Shown in pieces: positions 14,810 to 22,640 of a DNA stretch of 24,000 nucleotides. The notes under the pieces are model-generated. The model ran no database searches, was not told where the DNA came from, and saw only the letters and a program-made list of their open reading frames with translations. Numbering within the stretch: the first letter of the stretch is position 1; each line of letters starts with the position of its first letter. This DNA is from Candidatus Kuenenia stuttgartensis (GTDB lineage Bacteria; Planctomycetota; Planctomycetia; Isosphaerales; Isosphaeraceae): contig CAMBEP010000032.1 in NCBI GenBank assembly GCA_945865635.1, forward strand, positions 16,021 through 40,020. Reading direction: 5' to 3'. A program made the position numbers and the translations under genes.

Positions 14810-17317
14810 GTGCTTTACGGGAATTTGCCGATTTATTCGAATAATGCAATTCCGACATCCGCTTCAAAGACACTTAATTTTGCAGCCGCCTATCAATATA
14901 CGCTGAGCGATGGCACGGTGTTGCCAGCACAATTTCCGGCACCTACGATTAAGCTCAAGCAGGGCGACACACTTTCTTTGAAGATCAGCAACAGTCTGGG
15001 CGATCCCAACACCGCTCCGATGCCGCCGATTGAGGCATTGCCTACGAATTTTCACACACATGGCTTACTTGTCAGCCCATTGGGCAACGGCGACAATGTT
15101 TACCGGGCGATGAACCCGGATGGAACTTATCAGACAACCATTAACGTGCCTGATTATCAACCATCGGGTGTTGACTGGTATCATGTGCACAAACATGGTT
15201 ATTCGGCGGATCAGGTTTATGCAGGCTTGGCTGGGGTCATGCAGATTGGCGACCCATTGGACGCCTGGCCACAATATCTAGGCAAATACGACGAGAAGAT
15301 CCTTTCGCTCAGTCTTGGCCTAAAAATAACCGGAATGAATGCAAGTGGAAATCCGGTTCCCGGTTCATTGATGCTTGCCAAGCCAAACCAGACAAATGCA
15401 GAGACCTCCTATGGCAAGAATTGGCAAGTCTTTGTGAATGGCCAATTCAATCCGACGATGACAATGCAGCCAGGCGAGACGCAAATCTGGACACTGGCGG
15501 CCACCACACGCAATGGCTCATTCAATTTTGGAATTACGGACGAGAATGGTCAAAACCCATGGCAATCGACCATTCTCGGTTATGACGGCAATGACCAGGA
15601 TTCAATTCCGAGAGTTTACACACAAGTCTTGCCTACGGGATATGTCAAAAACGGCCTAATGGCGCTTGACTCTGGTGGTCGGCTGACTGTGGCTGTGACA
15701 GCCCCCACGACACCTGACACTTACTATCTAGTGAATAACCTTTTGATTCAACAAATACCTACGACTGGTAAACCGAATGCATTAATGACTATTGTGGTTG
15801 CGGGGGCGACTTCACCAAAGCCCGTGCCTGTATTTGGTCCGAACGGAGTTGTGCCCGACCTTTACACGGCCATTGCCGACCAGAAGCGCACGTTTAATTT
15901 TAATATTGAACCTGGCAACCGGTTCACGATCAATGGCTACACGTTTCCGAATGGCCCCATTGTTTCCATTCAGGCTGGAGAGGTGGAAGAGTGGCTGTTG
16001 ACCAATACGTCAGCAAACGACCACCCATTTCATATTCATCAGACTGATTTTGCAGTGATCTCAATCAATGGCCAGAAAGTTGATGTCAATGGCAAGGGAA
16101 CTTACCCATACGTTTCCATGCGCGACACCATAAATATACCAGCCGGCGGCAATGTGGTCATCCGCTTTCGAGTGAATCCCATTCCAGGTAAATTTGTATT
16201 TCATTGCCATATTTTGCCACACGAAGACCAAGGCATGATGATGTCTGTGATTGCCGGCCCAAATGCCGATGAGCTTCGAGAGGCATTGGGTGCCGGGCCT
16301 GGCGAAGGTGGTGGAGTCCTGGTTCAGGGCGGCTATGGCCAACTGCTTGGCAGACTCAACCCGCTGCCAAAAAATTGGCAGGGCGGAGTCGCCACAGCCA
16401 CTGGCAACCTGAATGCCGACATGGTTCAGGAGATTGTGGCCGGGCCAGCTTCGCGCGGTACAAAAAGCACTGTGACAATTTATAACGGCAAGGATCTATC
16501 GGTCATCAAGAAATTCAACCCATTCCCTGAATACCCGGCATCGGGTGTCAGTCTGGCCATTGGCGATATTGATCACGATGGAGTGGGCGAGATCATTGTT
16601 GGTCGGGTCGGGCCAGGGCCAAGCCTTGTTCGAATCTTTCATGCCGATGGTTCGCTTTATCTTCAGCTAAAAGGAACTTTGCCCGGAAATTATCCGAACG
16701 GCGTAAATGTCGCCTCAGCCGACTTCAACGGCGATAATTACGACGACCTCGCCATCGGTGCGGGTAAAGGAGAAAAACCGATTGTCGTCGGCCTGGACGG
16801 ATTCAGCCTGGGCCTGCCTGAAGGTGCAATTGAAGTAAAACTATTTGATTTCATTGCGCCAGGCGGGGGCAGATCCGGCGTAAATCTTGGGGCCGGATAT
16901 TTTGATCCATCCACAGTGCCAAGTTATCTGGCAAACCTGATCACGACACCCCCTTCCGGCCCTAAAAATGGCAATGTGTCGGTCTGGAATGTGCAGCCGA
17001 GCCTTGCAGGGATGGGAAACAGCATGGCAGGCATGGCCGGAATGTCGGGCGATCCGGTTTCCAATCAAGCCCAATTACCGCCACCAGGATTGATGGCCAC
17101 TTTGACCCCTTTCGGTAAACAAAGAACACCAAGAGGCTTACAGCTTACCACGACCCGACTCTCTAAGGATGGCATCGCTGCCGTGGGCGCGTGGTGGTCT
17201 GCCCACAATCCTGTTTATCAGTCGATCAGCCTGAGCGGCCTTGTTTCAACCATTTCAACACCAACTCCAAGGGGCCCGGTGGTAAAGAGTTTGAAGTCAA
17301 GTAAAGGCTTGAAATGA
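14810..17317 (+). CDS. Multicopper oxidase (laccase-like) with C-terminal FG-GAP/VCBS-like repeats
   Basis: All four Cu motifs: NFHTHG, WYHVHKHG, HPFHIHQTDF, FHCHILPHEDQGMMM. The C-terminal part contains GDIDHDGVGEIIVG and ADFNGDNYDDLAIGAG. Confidence 0.9.
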   Translation: MLYGNLPIYSNNAIPTSASKTLNFAAAYQYTLSDGTVLPAQFPAPTIKLKQGDTLSLKISNSLGDPNTAPMPPIEALPTNFHTHGLLVSPLGNGDNVYRAMNPDGTYQTTINVPDYQPSGVDWYHVHKHGYSADQVYAGLAGVMQIGDPLDAWPQYLGKYDEKILSLSLGLKITGMNASGNPVPGSLMLAKPNQTNAETSYGKNWQVFVNGQFNPTMTMQPGETQIWTLAATTRNGSFNFGITDENGQNPWQSTILGYDGNDQDSIPRVYTQVLPTGYVKNGLMALDSGGRLTVAVTAPTTPDTYYLVNNLLIQQIPTTGKPNALMTIVVAGATSPKPVPVFGPNGVVPDLYTAIADQKRTFNFNIEPGNRFTINGYTFPNGPIVSIQAGEVEEWLLTNTSANDHPFHIHQTDFAVISINGQKVDVNGKGTYPYVSMRDTINIPAGGNVVIRFRVNPIPGKFVFHCHILPHEDQGMMMSVIAGPNADELREALGAGPGEGGGVLVQGGYGQLLGRLNPLPKNWQGGVATATGNLNADMVQEIVAGPASRGTKSTVTIYNGKDLSVIKKFNPFPEYPASGVSLAIGDIDHDGVGEIIVGRVGPGPSLVRIFHADGSLYLQLKGTLPGNYPNGVNVASADFNGDNYDDLAIGAGKGEKPIVVGLDGFSLGLPEGAIEVKLFDFIAPGGGRSGVNLGAGYFDPSTVPSYLANLITTPPSGPKNGNVSVWNVQPSLAGMGNSMAGMAGMSGDPVSNQAQLPPPGLMATLTPFGKQRTPRGLQLTTTRLSKDGIAAVGAWWSAHNPVYQSISLSGLVSTISTPTPRGPVVKSLKSSKGLK

Positions 17318-17372
17318 ATTTGCCTGGCTCTGGCTCACTGATTTAAAAATCAGCATATCTTGATCAAAAAAG

Positions 17373-17405
17373 CTGGGCGAGTTTCACCCTCGCCTGGTTT
17401 TTTTT
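17373..17405 (+). terminator. Rho-independent terminator for the multicopper oxidase gene
   Basis: CTGGGCGAG-tttcacc-CTCGCCTGG followed by TTTTTTTT. Confidence 0.8.
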
Positions 17406-17664
17406 GCCCCGTTCCTCCTGGGCGATCACCAGTTCGTGGCAATTTTTGGTGGTTATGCCAGAAGATAAAGCGGCTGTTTTTTATCTAAGGTTGAGAGGTG
17501 GGATTTTATTTCGTCGGATTGCATTTGAAATCAAATGCTGATTTTGATTAGAAAACAAAAGCATGAAGAAAAGGGGGCATGCTAAAATGCCATTAATTTA
17601 AGATGTAAAAACTTAAAAATGACTTATCACTGATTCGTTGGTCGTCCGGAATGAATACTGAGTC

Positions 17665-17706
17665 AGGCTTCGTACTGTAGCCGGAGGCTTCATAGCCTGT
17701 AGCCGG
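17665..17706 (+). repeat. Imperfect tandem direct repeat, about 20-22 bp units
   Basis: AGGCTTCGTACTGTAGCCGG (17665-17684) followed by AGGCTTCATAGCCTGTAGCCGG (17685-17706). Confidence 0.6.
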
Positions 17707-17836
17707 TGGTTGAAGAGCGCAAGCGACGACACCACCGGATCGCGATGCGACAGTTGATGTTGCACCCCAGCAGGGGTGCCAGCCAATTCTCCAGTTATAT
17801 ATTCGGTGGTATCGCTACGCTCAACCACCGGCTACA
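17698..17836. repeat. REP-doublet/MITE-like inverted-repeat element with central hairpin
   Basis: 16-bp perfect terminal inverted repeats TGTAGCCGGTGGTTGA (17698-17713) and TCAACCACCGGCTACA (17821-17836). Each arm contains a CCGGTGGT...ACCACCGG-type hairpin, with a central GCACCCC-agca-GGGGTGC (17762-17779). Confidence 0.75.
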
Positions 17837-17844
17837 AGCTTATG

Positions 17845-17876
17845 ATGCATCCGGTATCGTCCGGAATCGGATGCAT
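17845..17876. repeat. Perfect 9-bp inverted repeat
   Basis: ATGCATCCG (17845-17853) and CGGATGCAT (17868-17876) separated by 14 nt. Confidence 0.6.
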
Positions 17877-17965
17877 TAACGATTCGAAATTGTCTTAAAT
17901 CATTGTGTTATAAAAGTTTGTGCTTAACTTAATGGTATTTCAGAATGCCCCTTTTACCGCCATAG

Positions 17966-19066
17966 TCATAGCCCCAGCGCTGCCAGCCCCGGTTTTAGTG
18001 CCGCTTCGAGTTTTGACATGGTCTCGACCATCTCCGACTGGATCGCTGGCCAGTCTGTCTCGGGACTCCGGTAGCCGCCGCGTTCGATGACATGTTTGAT
18101 CCGGCAGGCCCGCTTGTTGTCGAGCCGCTCCCACGAAAGCGTTCCGCCAAACGCTTCCTCAATCCCATCTTTGCGGGCATGAAGCCGGTCAAAGATGCGT
18201 TTGTTTTCCAATGCGTCGCCACGGTCGATATAAAGTTCGGCAAGGCCGTATTCCTGGACGATCACGTAGTTGAAGCCTAGGCCCCGGGTTCCCGAGCTTG
18301 CGCCTAGCCAGTGATACGCTCCCGGTTTGATGTTGGCGTGGCGGGTGTGCCGGTTGCGAGCGATGGCGATCAACCCTTCCCAGAATTTCAGGCGCACATC
18401 GTATCGTTCCGCCCGCTTCTTGCGGCCCACCTGCTCCTTCTCCCGAAGCTGCACTTGATACTCGTTTGCTTCGGGGAGGGGGATGATCTGCTGGACATCG
18501 ATGAGCCGCTTTTCGCCGTTTAGGTAGGGGCACAGCCGCACGCACCGGATATCGATGTCCCGCTCGCGCAGCCAGAGTACGGCCGTGGTGAGTTCCTTGC
18601 CAAAATCTCCTGATACCAGCACGATACGCACATCGGGTGCGAACAATTCTTCGTCGGGCTCTTCCCACCCCAGAAAGGTGAGCATGCGTGTGCGGGCCTC
18701 TTCCGCCGCCTCGCCTATACGGGTCAGAAACTCTCCGTGGATTTGCTCGGCCCGCTCAAATGTCATCGCCGAAACCATGCTGGCGTAGCGAATGGCCTGA
18801 AGTTCCATGTGCCCGCCGTCGTTGGTTCGCTTTAATTCAATCACGACGAGGTTGGCCAGCAGGTCGATGGCCAGCAGGTCGATCCTACAGCGGCTGTCGT
18901 TCCAATCGCCGAACTCCTCGGTGAGCACATAGAGATCGTCGCCCAGCACGTTGATCTGTGTACGCAGCAGCCGTTGGAGGTCATCGCGCTCACGCACCTT
19001 CATATCGGCAAACGACGCTTGAGTGAGCGGCCGGAAGGCATCGGGAGTCATTTCGTAAAGTGGCAT
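17966..19066 (-). CDS. DUF4268 domain-containing protein with N-terminal PD-(D/E)XK nuclease-like domain
   Basis: CRIDLLAIDLLANLVVIELKRTNDGGHMELQAIRYASMVSAM gives a D...ExK pattern. C-terminal RLKFWEGLIAIARNR...GLGFNYVIVQEYGLAELYIDRGD is DUF4268-like. Confidence 0.8.
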   Translation of the reverse strand: MPLYEMTPDAFRPLTQASFADMKVRERDDLQRLLRTQINVLGDDLYVLTEEFGDWNDSRCRIDLLAIDLLANLVVIELKRTNDGGHMELQAIRYASMVSAMTFERAEQIHGEFLTRIGEAAEEARTRMLTFLGWEEPDEELFAPDVRIVLVSGDFGKELTTAVLWLRERDIDIRCVRLCPYLNGEKRLIDVQQIIPLPEANEYQVQLREKEQVGRKKRAERYDVRLKFWEGLIAIARNRHTRHANIKPGAYHWLGASSGTRGLGFNYVIVQEYGLAELYIDRGDALENKRIFDRLHARKDGIEEAFGGTLSWERLDNKRACRIKHVIERGGYRSPETDWPAIQSEMVETMSKLEAALKPGLAALGL

Positions 19067-19391
19067 GTTGTGCGTCCTGATTTATGATTTTGATGGTCGG
19101 CTGCGACGGCCATGCGAAAAAGGGGTCAGCAAAAAAGGACTATTCCACGCCTGTTCGGTACCGGGTTTGCAATGTGGCCTTGAAGGTTGTTTCTTGAAGT
19201 AATCCTTTGCATCGTGAAACACCTCGGCCCACACGTTACCACGATTAAGCTCATCTTAGCAGTATTCAGCGGCTGAAGCTCTGGAAGTTCTTGACATAAA
19301 TCAATTTCGCACAAAAACGGGCGACAATTCAATGAGAAAAGCAGAATGATCCGAATGCCCCTTTCTCTTCGATGGCGGATTCAGGCCGGTA

Positions 19392-20477
19392 CTAAATGGG
19401 CAATTTCCAGTCCGAGACATTTGCGGACAATGTGGCTGCATCGAGCTTCTTTCGCGACGCTCCCAATTCCCAAGGCGAAGGTCCCACAAATTCGCTTTTG
19501 ACTCCTTCGATCTGCATGAAACCATGCTGCCGATCAAGAGTCACCAGCGCGAAGAGCGAATCTTTATAGGGCACGGTGTATTTGATGTCAGGATGTTTTT
19601 TCATGATCTCCGGAGCATATCTGTTGTGGATAAACTCCGCTCCCAGCCAGTGGTAGGACATGCTATTGATCTGCGGGTAAATGATGCCATGGATCTGCTG
19701 CACGTAGTCTCGATGATGATGGCCGGAAAAACAGGCAATGACCTTGCCTTGCCCGGTTTTGAGCTTGGGTTGTTCCAGAATCGATCGGATCGAGGCCTGG
19801 TTGGCCACGCTCGCACCTTCACGTTCCAGGCCTTGATGAATGAAGACGACGGTGGGCCGTTGTGTGGCTTCCAGATCCTGACGCAACCAGTCTGCCTGTT
19901 CGTCGAGTACATATCGGTAATAGGGGGTTTGCCCAGGCCCCTTCTCGTTGCCGTCCAAAACGATGAAATGAATGCCATGCACATCGAATGAATCGTAGCG
20001 TTTTTTCATTCCCAGAAATGCCATCGTCTCTTCCGGAGTGAAGGCATATGCCTTGTCTGGTCGAATTTTGCCATCCCCGTCCATGTCGTGGTTGCCCAGA
20101 ACATGATGACGAGGACCGTCAAACCGATTCCAGATCTCCAGAAAGCCCTGATTCTCAGGAATCGGTATGCAGAAGTCTCCCAATTGAATGACAAAATCGG
20201 GTTTTAACTTGTTCATCCGGTCGACAAAAACACCCAGTCTTTCATCCGCATCGTGCATGACATCTTTGTGGACATCGGTCATCACACCGAATCGCACGGG
20301 ACGATCCGCTTCGTTGACCTGCTGCGGCTCAGCCAGGCAAGCGAGTTGCGGTATCATGAACATGGACGTGCTGCATGCCGCAGCACTGCTCTGTAGGAAT
20401 CTTCGGCGGGCGTTCATGGATTTCTTCATGACTTGTTCTGAGGGAGATGGTTCGATTTGAGATGTGTTCGGTTTCAT
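19392..20477 (-). CDS. Metallophosphoesterase (calcineurin-like) with Tat signal
   Basis: MNARRRFLQSSAAACS Tat-like signal; GVMTDVHKD, QLGDFC, LGNHDMD, FSGHHHRD. AAAGGAG (20483-20489 on the minus strand) 5 nt upstream of ATG 20477. Confidence 0.9.
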   Translation of the reverse strand: MKPNTSQIEPSPSEQVMKKSMNARRRFLQSSAAACSTSMFMIPQLACLAEPQQVNEADRPVRFGVMTDVHKDVMHDADERLGVFVDRMNKLKPDFVIQLGDFCIPIPENQGFLEIWNRFDGPRHHVLGNHDMDGDGKIRPDKAYAFTPEETMAFLGMKKRYDSFDVHGIHFIVLDGNEKGPGQTPYYRYVLDEQADWLRQDLEATQRPTVVFIHQGLEREGASVANQASIRSILEQPKLKTGQGKVIACFSGHHHRDYVQQIHGIIYPQINSMSYHWLGAEFIHNRYAPEIMKKHPDIKYTVPYKDSLFALVTLDRQHGFMQIEGVKSEFVGPSPWELGASRKKLDAATLSANVSDWKLPI

Positions 20478-20818
20478 GACGGCTCCTTTTGTTTTGTTTG
20501 GTTTTTTATCGTTTGATTGATGCGGGTTTTAAGTCGGCTGAACATCCAAAGGAAAAGTCGAGAGAGAGGATCAACGAGTTTGTCTGCATACTATTTAATC
20601 GACTTTCGAACCATTTGCAATGTAAGGCATTTTGTATTGTTCCAAAACCTGTATTTGAGCATCAGCATGGGGGCGACGCGTTTGGGAGCAAGGCCGTTAC
20701 CTTCTTGACTTGAAATCCAAAGAGGAATGCCTGGCTTCGTAAAAAAGTTTCATCGCCCTGCACTTCCTGTTGGTTATACTCCAAGCTATCGTTCGAGAAA
20801 AAAAAGGAGAGACCAAAG

Positions 20819-21973
20819 GTGATGGACTGGCTTGATGAGGCTTTGGGCGACCGCCGTGACCGTTCGCTCATGCGGCAACTGAGGGTCAGGCCAGTGGAGC
20901 GGGCCCGCGACTTTTCGTCGAACGATTACCTGGCTCTCAGGCATGATCCGCGATTGCATCAGGCGGGATTGGAGGCGGCCGGGGAATATGGGGCCGGGGC
21001 AGGATCAAGCCCTGCCGTGAGCGGCTGGACAAAGGCCCACGAGGCGCTCGCTTGCGAATTGACAGACTGGAAGTCGGCCGAGGCGGCCCTGCTCTTCACC
21101 TCTGGCTATGTTGCCAATCTTTCGACTGTGGCGGCCTTGGTGGGGGTGGGCGATGTGGTTTATGCCGACAGGCTTTCGCATGCATGTCTGATCGATGGCG
21201 CCAAGCTTTCAGGGGCTTTGCTGAGGGTCTTTCCGCACAATGATTCGAACCGTCTGGAATCGGCCATGAATCGCGATAAAGGTCGATATCGGCGACGATT
21301 GATCCTTACGGAGTCCGTTTTCAGTATGGATGGGGATCTTGCGCCGCTGAGGGATTTGGCGGATCTTGCCCAGCGGTTTGAGTCAATGCTTGCTGTGGAT
21401 GAAGCGCATGCGACCGGAGTTTTCCCGATCGATGGCAATGGTGCCGGTCTGGTGGAATCGCTTGATCTGGCCAGCCGGCCATTCCTGATTCGAATGGGAA
21501 CTTTGAGCAAGTCGATTGGGGTTCAGGGTGGGTATGTTGTGGGGTCACAAAAGTTGATCGACTGGCTGATTCAATCGGCCCGGGGCTGGATTTATTCCAC
21601 GGCCATATCGCCTTATCTGGCAGGTGCGGCGACCCGTTCGATCCAGATCATCCGCCAGGAACGCTGGCGTGGCATGCATGTCGTTCAGGCGGCGGGTGTT
21701 CTGCGTCAGGAACTGCTTTCGCGGGGGTGGCATGTATACTTGGGAGAATCGCCGATTGTGCCACTGATGCTGGGCCATGCAGAACTTGCCCTGAAGCTTG
21801 GCCAAGAGCTTGAGCACGCGGGGTTTGCCGTGGGCGTGATCCGCCCTCCAACGGTGCCCAGAAACACGGCCCGTCTGCGGATGAGTGTGCATGCCGACCA
21901 CTCGGTGGAGATGATCAGGGCTTTGGTTGAAGCCTTGGGGCCTAGTGATTTGGTGAGAAATACGGTAAATTAG
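20819..21973 (+). CDS. bioF: 8-amino-7-oxononanoate synthase family (pyridoxal-phosphate alpha-oxoamine synthase)
   Basis: DFSSNDYLALRHDPRL, GAGAGSSPAVSGWTKAHEALE-like, VDEAHATGVF, GTLSKSIGVQGGYVVG. SD AAGGAG at 20804-20809; GTG 20819 or ATG 20822 start. Confidence 0.9.
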   Translation: MMDWLDEALGDRRDRSLMRQLRVRPVERARDFSSNDYLALRHDPRLHQAGLEAAGEYGAGAGSSPAVSGWTKAHEALACELTDWKSAEAALLFTSGYVANLSTVAALVGVGDVVYADRLSHACLIDGAKLSGALLRVFPHNDSNRLESAMNRDKGRYRRRLILTESVFSMDGDLAPLRDLADLAQRFESMLAVDEAHATGVFPIDGNGAGLVESLDLASRPFLIRMGTLSKSIGVQGGYVVGSQKLIDWLIQSARGWIYSTAISPYLAGAATRSIQIIRQERWRGMHVVQAAGVLRQELLSRGWHVYLGESPIVPLMLGHAELALKLGQELEHAGFAVGVIRPPTVPRNTARLRMSVHADHSVEMIRALVEALGPSDLVRNTVN

Positions 21974-22029
21974 GGGCAAGTCAGAACACTTTTCAAGATC
22001 GGAATAAAGCGTCGTAAGTCCAGAGACAA

Positions 22030-22554
22030 ATGAATCCTCCCAAGCAAACACCAAGTCCTCGCGTGGCCGTCTTTACAGGCACATTTGATCCGCTGACACT
22101 GGGGCACCTGGATGTCATCAAGCGGGGGCGTCTGTTGTTTGACAAGCTGATTGTCGGGATCGGTATCAACCCAAGCAAGCAGCTTATGTTTTCTGTGGAA
22201 GAGCGGGTTGCTCTGGCCCGTCAGGTGGTGGCCGGGTTTGATAATGTTGCGGTGGAAGCCTTTGAAGGGCTGGCTGTGCAATATGTCCGAAGTATTGGTG
22301 CTGGAGTGATTTTACGCGGTGTGCGGACACTTTCCGACATGGAATATGAATTTGCCATGTCGCTGACCAACCAGCGTCTCGACCCCGGTGTCGAGACTGT
22401 CTTCTTGATGGCCGATGGCGAATACTCCCACGTATCAAGTTCATTGATTCGCCAGATTGCCACCTTTGGAGGCTGTGAATCGCTCGGGCTTTTCGTGCCC
22501 GAGATTTGTGTCCAGCCGATCCTGGAAAAATCCGGGCACATCAATCGATCGTAA
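22030..22554 (+). CDS. coaD: Phosphopantetheine adenylyltransferase
   Basis: VAVFTGTFDPLTLGHLDVIKRG, LRGVRTLSDMEYEFAMSLTNQRL, SHVSSSLIRQIATFGG. Confidence 0.96.
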   Translation: MNPPKQTPSPRVAVFTGTFDPLTLGHLDVIKRGRLLFDKLIVGIGINPSKQLMFSVEERVALARQVVAGFDNVAVEAFEGLAVQYVRSIGAGVILRGVRTLSDMEYEFAMSLTNQRLDPGVETVFLMADGEYSHVSSSLIRQIATFGGCESLGLFVPEICVQPILEKSGHINRS

Positions 22555-22640
22555 ACGACCATCAATTGCGAGGATTGAGACCCGTTTTCTGCGCATTTTC
22601 ACAAGGGTCTGAAGGCTTTCCCCACCGCAACAGGGTGGGT

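Noticed and set aside
20489-20713. Small plus-strand ORFs upstream of bioF
   Set aside because: No recognisable ribosome-binding site or protein features. More likely intergenic sequence between divergent genes.
22578-22639. Possible terminators between coaD and trpE (AGACCC...GGGTCT and CCCACC-gcaacag-GGTGGG)
   Set aside because: Stems are only 6 bp, with a 21-nt loop in one case and only a short TTTA tail in the other. Not strong enough to call.
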